A stretch of DNA of 64,000 nucleotides, taken from the NCBI GenBank assembly GCA_964019335.1, contig OZ025659.1, positions 186,001-250,000 of the forward strand. The letters are read 5' to 3'. Shown piece after piece: positions 22,303 to 33,648 of this stretch. This DNA comes from Diplonema japonicum. Its lineage: Eukaryota; Protista; Euglenozoa: Diplonemea. Position 1 is the stretch's first letter. Every line of letters starts with the position of its first letter. The notes below the pieces were generated by a model that saw nothing but the letters and a program-made list of their open reading frames with translations, was not told where the DNA came from and ran no database searches. The translations under genes were made by a program, and so were the position numbers.

Positions 22303-25300
22303 CTAGTCCCACGAGCTGCCCGACCAGTGGTCGCTCAGAATGCCAGTGGTAGAATATTCTAGCTTGCTCAGTGGTACGCTGAGCACCTCTGCAACAACCT
22401 TCACCACTGCACTGATCGAGGAGATAACCTAAAAGAAAAAAAAAATTCCTCCTAAAAAAAGAGAAAAAAAAACAAACCTCGATCGTCACAGGATCGTGTC
22501 GTGAAACTGCTTCGTACGTGATGGTATATTCAGTTATGTCCTGGTAAAAAATACACCCCCCATTTTTTTTTTTTTTTAATGCACACCTGCAACAAAGGAC
22601 CAACATATTGCTTGGCTTGGGACCTGAACCGGGGTTCTGAGGCACCGCGCAGGTGGTAGAGTAGCAGCAGAAGGGTTTCCAGTATGCTGAAGTGTCGGAG
22701 AATGAGGAGCGCATCGCCTGGCTGGTCCTTGCTGGAACAGCCTGCTCTGCGGTCGTACTGTCCGTTGCCCAACAAGTCCTTCGCCATGCAGAGGATAATG
22801 GTCAAATCGATGCGGGAGATGACAGTCTCGCTTGACACTGCCTCAGGGTCGTGGACTGTAAGCTCAAAAATGGGGTGGAAGTCAACCCCAGCTGACCTCA
22901 CTTCGCACACCCGCCTCATACAGGACAGCACGTTGTACACAATACCCCTCACAAGAGTATCGGCCTGTATTACAGAAATAAAAAAATAAAAATCAAAATA
23001 AAAACACACCTCATCCTTCACCGCGTCAGCCTTGTCCCTTCCCTCTTCGCCAACTTCAACGGCGTCCTGCTGCAGCCTTCGCGTCCACGCTGCTCTGCTC
23101 GAGAATTCCGCCAACACGCTTCTAAGCTGGTACTGTTCCACGAGGCGAGGGGCTTCCTGGAAAGAAAAACAATATTTCAGAAAAAGAAAAAAGAAACAAA
23201 AACACACCCGCAAGCTGCAAGGTGCCCCTGACGCCGTGTACATGGAGAGCAGTTGTGTAGCGGTCTCTAAGAGTGAAAGAGATGTGATGTCGATGCTGTC
23301 CTGAGCATTGTGCAGGTGGAAGGGCCTCCGGAGGATGAAGTCGAAAAGAGACCCTTGCTGGTAGATGAAGTCTTGGACCTGTGCAATGACGGAGTGATCG
23401 GTGCTGAGCTGCTGCGTGACGGCGCACACCACGCGGAGCGCAGGGAGCGCGATTTGCGCGCATCGTTCAGTGAGGAGTTCGGAGGTGCTTCGGAAGCCGT
23501 TCCCGCACATGGAAAGGAAGGAACAGTTCTTCAGGGAAGTGAGAAAGCCATGGTGCTCAATCAACGCACGGCTCCCACTGCCAGTCGAGGCGTATGTTAG
23601 AAGGAAGCACATGAAAGCCTGGTACCCGCCAAGGTACTGGGACCCCGTTGTGTCGCCATGCCCTGCCACACGCAGCACGTCACACAGGATCTTGTCGAAA
23701 GATGTAAGGTGCAGTGCGATCAGGTTCGACCCGTGCAGCTCTGCTACGAACTGCTCGTGTTCGTCCCACTCTACAGTTGTTGCCAGCGTTGTCCATGCAG
23801 CCGTCATCAGTGCGCCGCATGAGTCTGTGCTTCCAGCATCAGCCTTCATCCTGCTCAGCAGGCCGTGAGGGTTTTGTAGGAACTCATCTCTGCACGCAAT
23901 TCGCGCCTGGAATAGTTTTTTGTTTCTCTCTCTTTTTTTTTTTTTTTTTGTATCCCATACCCTATCAACAGTGTCGTGTTGTCGCAGCCCTTGTCTCCCG
24001 GCTCCGATTTCGATCTCGGTGCTTTCGACGTTATGCAGGAATGCGGTTAAAACCTTTTTTTTTTTTTTTTTTTTTTTTGAAAAATAATAATAAAAGAAAA
24101 ATCATACAATGTAAAGATTTGTCCTCAGATCCTTATCCGCGGCATTGCAGATGCACTGGAGAAGAGGTCGGAGCAGATGGCCGAGTTGTTCTGGAGATCG
24201 AGCGGGGCGTGCGGAGGTGCGGGAGTGGATCGCGTCGATGAGGGAGATGGCTGTCCGAGACAGGCGGGAGTCGATAATGGTGCGCTGCTGGGTAATGTGG
24301 GACTCGATGGGGCTGTCGAGTTGCTGCATGGCCTTTTGCTTGCTCAGGTTCGAGGCCATCTGGTTCACAAGGGTGTGCAGTGTTTGGAACAGAACCTCAT
24401 CAGTCTCAGCACCGTCGGTCCCGACCGTCACCAGCGTGACATCAGCCAGCCTTGACCACGCCTCTACGTACGCCACGATGTCAGTGTAAGCATGGACTAT
24501 CAGGTTTGAATGTTTTGACTTGTTATAGGCCTCGACGCCCATGGGCCCCATCCCTGCAACATCCTCGAGGCTTTCCAAGCTGTACTGGGGCACCCTGTTC
24601 TGGAAGGTGATTGCAACGGGCAGCGAGAGAAGTTCTGACATCTTCGCCGGGACGGGGAGCGATTCTAAGTCGAGGCTTCGAATGGCCTCCAACAGCAACG
24701 GGTGGTGCGACTCCTGCGTGGTGACCAGCAACTTCAGAATCTGCGAATGGAATGGATTCTTTAATTTAAAAAAGAAAAAGAAAAACATACATGGTTCTGC
24801 GCGCTCGCATCATTGTTCGTGAACAGCTCCAAAGCAGCAAGCTGCAAAATCGACGCACAAATCCGGAACTCCCTTGCAAGGTTTGTAGGGTCGGGCACCG
24901 ACTATAGAGTTTTTTTTTTGTTTTTTTTTTTTTTTTTGTTTTCCCATCATGTGCAAAAAGAACATACCGAAGGACGAACCGGAAGTTCGCAGAGCTTCTC
25001 TCTCAGAAGCCCCAGCAGTCTGTCGACCAAGTTGATCGACCGGAGGTAGCGCAGCACGGCCCTGCCCACCACGCGGTCGGACGCAAGATGCGCGAGAACC
25101 CTTAAGTACTCCGTGGCCGCAACAGGGTCCGACTTGACAAAGGAAGAGTCGGGCTCACTGAGCCGCTCGACCAAGACGGAAAGACACGTCCTCCGCAAGG
25201 TGCCGAACGGACGGAGCACCTTGTCCTCGGACATGGTGGGAATTCTGCGTGCGCGTGCCTCAACGTACCTCTCGGGGATACCGCAGAGGATGTGTGCCAG

Positions 25301-28300
25301 GTTGTAATACCCTGTGCCTAGCTCAAGGGTTTTGTAGAGGATGTCACACACAAGGAGACGCCTGTTGTCCGCTGTGTGCTGCGGGGTCCCTCCAAGTACG
25401 GCGGCCAAAACCTCCTGTACCTTCTCGGCTTTGTTGTCCTCGAATATTTGCAGTGTGTTTCGGAGTTCGGCGGCCTCTCTGGCGTACCCCAGAACTTGTT
25501 CAATGGGGGCAATGAGGTATTTCCGGAGGGCTGACATGAGCCCGCCCACACGACGCCCTGCTTCAAGCGGGCGAATGACAAATTTATCAAGTGCCTGAGC
25601 AAGCTGAGGCTGGTTTTTTGCGAGCAACTGACGGTGGGTGCTCTTTGCGGTGGTGAGGAGAGTTTGTTCTGCGTCGCGTGTGATGTCCTCAGGGCGGCCT
25701 CGGTCAGATGCGATGAAGTGATGCGACAACCGGCACCCTGCTTGCGCCAGCTCTAACAAGATCAGCAAGCAGTACTTTGAAATCTGGTAAGGGAAGTGCG
25801 CGTTCAACGTGATCCCATGCCATTCCTCGCTGCTCAGCTTCATCACCAGGCCTCCGTTGTCCCAATCAGCAACGTCCTGTGCGATCTTGCCCTGCTGTGT
25901 TGTGCAAATGCTCGTTGCAACAGGTGAGTCTGCGTTGTGGAGAACAACGTATATCGTTGCAAGCCCTTCGGCCAGAACATTGTCCATGACGGCACCTGTT
26001 CGTCGTTCCCTCTCCCTTCTTTCCATAGTGATGCTCATTAGCTTTGTTAACAGGTCTCCATGGACAACCGCCATCCAAATCACAGTCTGCGGGGACCTTG
26101 TTCTGGATGTTGTCGGGTCGATGGGACCCCTCGTCTCGGGGATCTGTACACCCGCTCTGATGATGCGCAAGACCAGCATGATGATGGCCCAACGCTCCCT
26201 CACAGTGTCGTAGCGTTGCTCGTCCCATTTCGCAAGGATCGACTCCAACACCCATTTGATGTATACCACGGCCAGCTCATGCACAGGAAGGTCATGCTGC
26301 GAGCAAACCCTCCAGTTCACGGAATTCAGCAGCTTGAACAGCAGCGTGAGGAACCCTATCGTCAACGGGTACCGACGCTGGCGGCGTTCTTGAGAAAGCT
26401 CGTATTCCATTCCACCGATTTGTGCGTTGAGATCAACCTGGTTGACCTGGTTGACGATTGGTGACTGTTGCATGTAACCAGTTGGGTTCATGTAGGCAGC
26501 AGAGGGGTCGAGGGACTGCTGGAAGGGGATGACACCCCCTCGGTAGATTTTAAGCCATATGTGGACTGCTGACTCATGCCCATCGACCCATGAGGACAGC
26601 ACTTCGAATGTTTTACCCACAACCACACCGCCCACCGACTTTTCCAGGATTGAAAAGAGCCTTGTGAAGCATGTTGCTTGCAGCTCTGCGTGTTGTGTGA
26701 TCTCGCTTCTGACCTGAGGCGACCTTGTGACCATGACCGTCAGCAGGCCCAGTGTTGAGACCAAAAACTGCTCGGCTTTTTCCGTCCACGCCCCGGTGCT
26801 GTTAACCAGGCTCCCCACCACGCTGGTATCAGGGTCTGCGATGATAAACCTCAGCGAGATGTGGTACGTCGATCGCATGTCGGCGTCGGTCTGCAACATC
26901 GAGAAAATTTCCTTGCACGTGACATCGTCCGTGCACAGGGACTTGCACAGGTCTAAGTAAGCACCAAGAACCTCTAAAGCGGTGGGGTCGAGATCCCCCT
27001 GCCCGCCATGCGACGCCTCGACCAACCATGCAATGGGGCCTTGCACGCCATGAGCCTTTCTAACGAATCGACAGAACAACCCAACCCCGGCTCGAGGGGT
27101 TGATATGACACCTTCGGACTTGCTGTACTGGATGATGGAGTTGATAAGTGATGTTCGCCAGCCTTGCGGGATACGGAGTTCTTCCGAGTCGGGGGTTTCG
27201 GTTGGAGAGAGGGAGAAGGCGATGGACCGCAGAATATCGACAAGAATGTGGCATTCGGGAGCAGGGATGTCAGAAGAGGTGCCGAGGGAGCTGGGGAGAG
27301 CACCTGGTTGCTTCACATTTTCGTCCCAGATTCGGTACTCTTCTTGCTCTGCAGAGAGCAGTTCGTCGACTATGACGCACATTGTCTTCGCAAGCCAGCA
27401 GTCCATGGATGTTGCAATGCATTGTATGATGGTTTCCTCAGACACGATGGTCCCCATCCCGCATGAAAAGAATGAGGGGAACCAGTTCTTAACACGAAGC
27501 CAGCCTCGGCCGGATAATTCTTGTGATGTTTCGATGCGGACATGGGCCGCAAGGACGGCTTCCTCTTCACCTTCGTCGAAGGCTACCACGTAAGCTCCGC
27601 TGTCGCGGATGGCCCTGACGACACCTCCGGAGTACGCTCCGCCTTTCCAGTTGCACCTCGCAACGACACGCGAACCTAGTTCGATGCTTCCAATGGATTT
27701 ACACGCCATTTTCAAGGCGGCAACCCCTGCAGCGGTCGTTGTTTCTGAGAGTAGGAATGCTGAGACGCCTATCATCACCATGGCGTAGTAGCCTGCGGCC
27801 TCGTCTCTGCTTCGTCTGTCGCCTTGCCCGACGTTTCGAATTTTGTCGACGACGTAGTTGCCGCCGGACACGCCGCCCGGCGATCGGACGCACAGCTGCG
27901 ACAGCTCGCCAACAAAACCAGTGTCGCCCAATAACGAGTTTGTGTCTCTGTTCGGACTTGTTTTGTCACGACACCACAGGTACATCGTGTCCGGCAGAGG
28001 AACACGCAACGCATTGATAAGTGAGATGGAGATAAGGTACGCAACGTCCTCGATGAGAGCACCAGGTGTGCCAGGGGGGAAGCGGAGACGGGGGGGGACA
28101 GGGGCTCCTGCCAATGTGGGACCCGAATTAGGATTCGATGCACCGCCGGCTGAGGACATAGATTGGCCCTCAAGGACCTGAAGGCAGGTGTTTAGTGATA
28201 GGAAAATTTGTCTAACTTCGTCGGAGGTGAGCTGGCATCGTTGTGTGATGCCAACTAGAGACGCCACTAGGTGGACACAGTCTTCAGGTGGCTCCAGCCC

Positions 28301-28657
28301 TGCTGCGGTCGGGTTTAGCAGCATTCCTTGCAGCAATTCCCTCAACCTCTGCACGATGCTCGCCACCACGCCTTGTTTTAATATTTCCTGCACGAAACCA
28401 ACCTGGTTCGCCCTTGCCTCTAGCACGTCGTCCCCAAACGACACTGGTGATAGCACCCATTGCAGGTACAGCAATTGTTGCGCGGTGCTCGGCCCTGTAG
28501 CTGCCGCCGCTGCTGCCGCCGCACCCCCTGGGGCCAACATGCACGCCCTCAGCAACGCTGCCTTATGCTCTTCAAACCCACTGTCGGGACCACTTATTAT
28601 ACTTTGAATCTCTGATGGCGCAAGGCATCTTTCCGGTTCCTGCTGCACCGGTTGCAT
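22303..28657 (-). CDS. Nup205/Nup192-like scaffold nucleoporin (8 introns, all in the 3' part)
   Basis: ~1900 aa alpha-helical after splicing; motifs YELSQERRQRRYPLTIGFLTLL, NLAHILCG and LAALEL resemble Nup205; GT-AG introns link ORFs 24947.., 24102.. and 22530.. Confidence 0.65.
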
Positions 28658-28842
28658 CTTTTATTTCTTTTTTTTTTTTTTTTTTTTTGTTTCTCCCCTC
28701 CTCCTCTTTTTTTTCTTCTTTTTTTCTTTTTTCTTTTTTTTACAAACTATGTCGAGGGGCGAGAAAATAAAAAGAAATGTATATAAAACACTCTCTCAGT
28801 TCTTTACACTACCCCTTTCCTCTTTTGTTATTACTTTTTGTT

Positions 28843-30342
28843 TCATTTTCTCTCTGGTATAACCGATGTTTTATGGAAATATTGCAAGGCGCTGACGACC
28901 CTCTCGCGCCGCAAGCTGAAGACGGGGTTGATGCATCTTACGACCGACATCGCTGGTTCCGTGGTGATGACAGACGAAGCAGACTCATCTAAAGAGTTCA
29001 AGGCCGCGATAAGTGCAGCCTTCTTATCACCCCCGACAGGGGAGCGATCTGTGAAATCGGCAGAGGACGCAAAGACAGAGTCAGGATCACCGAGCCTAGC
29101 AAGATGATGGTCCTTGTTGAGCCCCTGCGCGATGGCAAGCCCCGCGATAGAGTAGCAAGTGTGGTAATAGTCCGGCCCAACACCGGGTTTGTCTTGAAGC
29201 CCACCAGAAGGAGCTTGACAGCATCGGAGGACGTATGTCTGCATGGCAACCTGATCATAGTTCAAAAGACCTTTATCGTTGACGTCGTGCCAGTCGTCGT
29301 TGTCACCGTCTGTGGCGGTAGTGTGGTCCGGGTTTTCAGGGTGGAATTCGAAATCGTCGAAATTTTTGTAAGCGATCATGTCTTGGAGAAGCGCGTCCTT
29401 GACAGATGTGGGATCGTCGCGGTCGGCAGCCTCCCATGATTTTAGAATAGCGTGTGCTGCGCCCACCCAGAACGAGTAGCAAGCGTCGACCAATTTGTTC
29501 GTTCTCCCGTTGAAGCCACCTTGCGAGGGGCATTGTCGTTTGGCCAGCCAGGATGACAGTGTTTTCTTGTTCACATTTTGGTGCTCGCGGAGGAGCGACA
29601 GTGCGGAGGTCGCACAGAATGTGTACCCGCCGTGCGCCTCCTCATACGGTTGGCATCCGAAGCCCCCTTCGTACGACTGGCACGACACGATGAACTCCGC
29701 CATTTTTTCTCGAAGCTTCGGTGTGTCGATTCCGAGAAGCACCGCTGGAAGCATCATACAGTAGCATCCTCGCACGTCGATCTCACCACCGTCGTGCATA
29801 AGAACGGAACCGTCGGGGTTTTTGAGGGTTAGAAACCAATTGAGCAGCTTGTCTTTTTTCGTTTCCAAGACTTTATAAGCCTCTTCTGTCCCAAGTGTCA
29901 ACAGCATGACCGTGGCGGAATATGTAGGCGCTAAATGTGGAATTTGGTTCGGGCCACCAGCAAACCCTCCCATGGAGCCGTCCACATCTACGAAGCAAGA
30001 TTCGATGAACTCGGTTAAGTGTGCTGGGGAGGGGATGGGGACGTGGGACTTTGGTTTTGTACCGTCCACCGGGAAGCCTATCATGTCCATTGCGTTGCTC
30101 ATCCAATAGGCGAGCCAGGTCCTGGAGGCATCCAGGTAGCCCACGTAGCCGGGTAGCTCGGTCATCCCTTTGCTGCAATACGTTCTGTGAGACTCGTACC
30201 CCAGCCGGACACCCTTCCCTGACGTCCTTTTCATGGTGTCGTGAACCAACGTCTCCGTCTCACGCTCCGAAAGCGACGTCAAAGTTTCCGTACCTTCTTC
30301 GTCCCAGACTGCTGGGTAGAAAATTTGTTTTTTTTCAGGCAT
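28843..30342 (-). CDS. FNTB: protein farnesyltransferase beta subunit
   Basis: LDASRTWLAYW, GEIDVRGCYC, EAHGGYTFC, GRTNKLVDACYSFW, DKPG..PDYYHTCY. Confidence 0.92.
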   Translation of the reverse strand: MPEKKQIFYPAVWDEEGTETLTSLSERETETLVHDTMKRTSGKGVRLGYESHRTYCSKGMTELPGYVGYLDASRTWLAYWMSNAMDMIGFPVDGTKPKSHVPIPSPAHLTEFIESCFVDVDGSMGGFAGGPNQIPHLAPTYSATVMLLTLGTEEAYKVLETKKDKLLNWFLTLKNPDGSVLMHDGGEIDVRGCYCMMLPAVLLGIDTPKLREKMAEFIVSCQSYEGGFGCQPYEEAHGGYTFCATSALSLLREHQNVNKKTLSSWLAKRQCPSQGGFNGRTNKLVDACYSFWVGAAHAILKSWEAADRDDPTSVKDALLQDMIAYKNFDDFEFHPENPDHTTATDGDNDDWHDVNDKGLLNYDQVAMQTYVLRCCQAPSGGLQDKPGVGPDYYHTCYSIAGLAIAQGLNKDHHLARLGDPDSVFASSADFTDRSPVGGDKKAALIAALNSLDESASSVITTEPAMSVVRCINPVFSLRRERVVSALQYFHKTSVIPERK

Positions 30343-30492
30343 TTTATTTTTTTGTGGAAAAGGGGAGGGGGGCTTTTTTTTTTTTTTTTTTTCCTTCGTA
30401 TCGTGGACAGGGGAAAAAAATGGAGGGGAAAAAGAAAGAAAGAAGTTTTACAACAGAAAAAAAAAGAGGAGAGAAAAAGGAGAAGAAAAAAT

Positions 30493-31008
30493 CTAGCGAA
30501 CCATCGACCTTACTTGTGAAACCATTGACTCCTGTGTCATGAGAGCAAGTTCAAACTCGACCTCCTCCTTGGTCATGGGTCGTCGGAAGGCGGCGATCTT
30601 CGTATCTTTGAAGGCAATCGCAGCCTCGAGCTCTTGGATATAGGTTTGCATGGCAAAGATGGTTTCTTGTGTTGTGGATGGGGTGGGGGGCTGTGGTGGG
30701 GGCGGCGCGGGGGTGGCTTTAGGTGTGGACAATACGCTCGAGGCTGATCGGGTAGTAGATGATCGCCGCCAGTCACGCTTCAGCGGCGACATGTACCTTG
30801 GTGTGGACTGTAGGTTCTTCCCACACATTGGGCTAGACGGCCTGCTCCTTGGTGTGCTCGGCTGAGCCTTTTGTTTCTCATCTATTCTCTTGAACGACGT
30901 ACGCACCTCGTAACTCCCAGGCCCGGGCACAACAATCCCGCCCGCCTTCCCACTGGACAACGACCTCCTCCACGTGATGTCAGCGTTGGTCTGGTTTACA
31001 TAAGTCAT
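30493..31008 (-). CDS. small protein with a PGPGxY (STPG/Shippo-type) repeat and C-terminal coiled coil
   Basis: VPGPGSYEV motif; first ATG at 31008. Confidence 0.55.
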   Translation of the reverse strand: MTYVNQTNADITWRRSLSSGKAGGIVVPGPGSYEVRTSFKRIDEKQKAQPSTPRSRPSSPMCGKNLQSTPRYMSPLKRDWRRSSTTRSASSVLSTPKATPAPPPPQPPTPSTTQETIFAMQTYIQELEAAIAFKDTKIAAFRRPMTKEEVEFELALMTQESMVSQVRSMVR

Positions 31009-31218
31009 GTGGCAAAGGGGTCCCCTCCCCCCCCTTTTATTTTTATCTCTCACGATATCGCAAAACAAGGGAACGACCCGGAAATCGTCTAGAATATAAA
31101 AAAAAAAGAATTAAGAAAAAAAAAAAACTTTTTTTTGTTCACCCCTCTTCCCTTCATTTTCCCCCCACACCGTGAAAAAATTCACGTGATTGGGAGAAGG
31201 GGGTGTGGGGGGGGATAA

Positions 31219-32685
31219 TCATTTCTTTTGCATCGCTTCATAACTCGCGAAAATATCGTCGATCCACGCCTCTCTGACCCAGTTGTAATAGTGCGCCCCG
31301 TCAGGGGACGTGTGGATCATGGGCCAGCTTTTGGCGAAGGTGTCGACGATGGGGTAGCCGCGGAACGACACGAGCTCAGTCTGCGCCTTGGCGAAAAGAT
31401 AGTGGCGGAGATTGTTGCGGCAGTCGGTGCGGTGCTGCACCACCCGCATGTGCCTGTTCATCGGGTGCGCCGGAATCCCAAACCAAATGAGCGACGTGTT
31501 GTGCCGATCGAAATCTCTCAACGCATTCTCCACAGTATTCGCATGCTTGGCTAGCGTCCAACACCCGCTAGCATGGTGTTGCCCTACACCAGCTATCACC
31601 GTTTTGTTAGGTTTCATCAGCATTTCAACTGCACTGGGCCGTGACGTGTTTAAAAAGTAAGACGCAACATATGCCACAGTGACACCGTGGCTGGGAATGG
31701 TGTCCGACCGGTCTCCTTTCCACACCTTGTCGAAGGCGTACTTGACCCCTAAGCGTGACAGTAGCCCGTAGAATGTCATTCTCATATGTGAATCACCAAA
31801 GAAATACAGTGTCTTCCCTTTGAGAAGATTCAGAATCATGTCTTTTGAGTATTTTTTATGAAGTCCGGTGGATGGTGTCCACTCGTACCGTCGTTTGAAA
31901 TCCATCCGCCCGAGGAGGTCCGGGGTGAAGGCGTTGAGCTTGGTTTCTTTCTTGCCAAGCGACAGCCAGTACTGCGGGAATTCTTTTTTGAAATCGGATG
32001 TGTCCGGGCCTGCGTCGGACCATCGGCCGGGGACGTTATGTTGCAGCTGATCCATGTTGCATGTTAGCGATGGATAGCCATCTGTAAGAGACTGCTGGGA
32101 GTAGTCGTACCACGTCTTTTCCTTTGCCTCGTTGATGGCGTTGAACTGTTCGTAGACAAGCTCGGCGGTGAGGATGTAGTCTCCCTTCTTCGTTGTACGG
32201 AATGTTGTGTGATACAAGCAGTTTTTTTTGTACTCTGTCTTCCCCATCGTGATTTCCGGGCCGCGAAGCATCACCCTCATAAAGTCCGGGCCGTAGTTTT
32301 CCCGGAGATATTTTTCAACCTTAGGGTCGCTTGATATTTCGATTTTCTCAGCCGTCTTACATTCCACCTTCGATTTTCTTGCAGACATCAGCATCCCCTC
32401 GCACTTTACCGCATCCCACCATATCTCTGTTTGAAATCCCCCTTGTGCGTACTCGTATAAAAGTTGCATTTTATGAACATCCAGTGAAAGGACAGGGGGG
32501 GCAGGGTTGTCTCGAGGTGGTGTAGTGCTGTCTTGAAGTGGTGTCGCGCTGTGGTGGCTTCCCTTGTACGCCGTCCAGTCGCCTGAAGACTCATTTGCGT
32601 TGAAGAGAAACTGGAACCCCACAGCCCATGTTGCGGAAATTACCACCACTAAGCTCACTATTCGTGTTGTGTGTTTTTTTGGCAT
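31219..32685 (-). CDS. type II membrane SGNH/PC-esterase-like (NXPE/TBL-type) acyl-modifying enzyme
   Basis: N-terminal TM anchor; GDS motif (FFGDSHMR) and DxxH (DGAHY). Confidence 0.65.
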   Translation of the reverse strand: MPKKHTTRIVSLVVVISATWAVGFQFLFNANESSGDWTAYKGSHHSATPLQDSTTPPRDNPAPPVLSLDVHKMQLLYEYAQGGFQTEIWWDAVKCEGMLMSARKSKVECKTAEKIEISSDPKVEKYLRENYGPDFMRVMLRGPEITMGKTEYKKNCLYHTTFRTTKKGDYILTAELVYEQFNAINEAKEKTWYDYSQQSLTDGYPSLTCNMDQLQHNVPGRWSDAGPDTSDFKKEFPQYWLSLGKKETKLNAFTPDLLGRMDFKRRYEWTPSTGLHKKYSKDMILNLLKGKTLYFFGDSHMRMTFYGLLSRLGVKYAFDKVWKGDRSDTIPSHGVTVAYVASYFLNTSRPSAVEMLMKPNKTVIAGVGQHHASGCWTLAKHANTVENALRDFDRHNTSLIWFGIPAHPMNRHMRVVQHRTDCRNNLRHYLFAKAQTELVSFRGYPIVDTFAKSWPMIHTSPDGAHYYNWVREAWIDDIFASYEAMQKK

Positions 32686-32721
32686 TCACCCCCCTTTCCC
32701 CACTCCCTCCTTTTATGGGTT

Positions 32722-32764
<43 letters not shown>

Positions 32765-32858
32765 CCTGCCGAAGGGAAAAAAAAGTGAGGAGAAACAGAG
32801 AGGGATGCAGTGAAGCGAAAATTCACTTGTTTTTTTTTTTTTAAAGATAATGTGCGTA

Positions 32859-32889
<31 letters not shown>

Positions 32890-33211
32890 GAAGGAAGGGG
32901 GAAAGGCCCAAAAAAGGAGAAAAAGCTCAAATTCTGCGCACCCGGAAGGGAGGAAGAAGAAGAAGAAAAAAGGCGGTGTTAAGGGGCAAATCCCACTTGA
33001 GGACCACCCTAGAAAAAGCAAAGATGAGATGAGAATTAAACAATATTCCTTTAGAACAAAAAAGGCAACGCTGGTTTAGAGATAAGAAGCGTAATGAATT
33101 GTTATTGCTAAAAGGAGTTGAGGCAGCTTTTTTTTCCCCCTCTCATTTTTTTTAAAAATTTTTTTTATCATTCCCAAAGTTCACTTCATGGAGGAAAAAA
33201 AAAAGGGGGAG

Positions 33212-33516
33212 ATAGCTACGAGGTGCAAGGGTACAACAAAGAGAAGGTACAAGGCTTACAGTGTCTTTTTCTCTCTCTTAGGCCATCACTTCACCGCGAG
33301 CCCGAAGTAATTTCACAAGAGTGAATAAAAAGGGGGGGGGGGGAATAGCTATTTACTGCCAACAAGACGACTCCCTGAAATTACTTCACCACGAGGGGCA
33401 AAAGAGGTGGCAAGGATACAACTGGGAAGGTACAAGGCTTACAGTGTCTTTTTCTCTCTCTTAGGTCACTTCACCGCGAGCCCCGAGAGCGTGAAGCAAG
33501 TTCACAAGAGTGAATA
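33212..33516. repeat. two tandem short derivatives (33212-33327, 33344-33516) of the non-autonomous repeat at 54500-55200, in the opposite orientation
   Basis: AATAGCTATTTACTGCCAACAAG and CTGAAATTACTTCACCACGAGGGGCA match the reverse complement of 55178-55200 and 55077-55102; CAAGAGTGAATA matches the 54500 end. Confidence 0.8.
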
Positions 33517-33648
33517 GTAAAAAAAACAAAAACCAATAATAATTTTTTTTAAAAAGGTTTTTAAAAAAAAAAAATGCAGTGCGATCAACAAAGACCGTCA
33601 AACCGTCCGATAAATTTCTCCTCCCCCCCCCCCCCCCCCCGGATTTTT

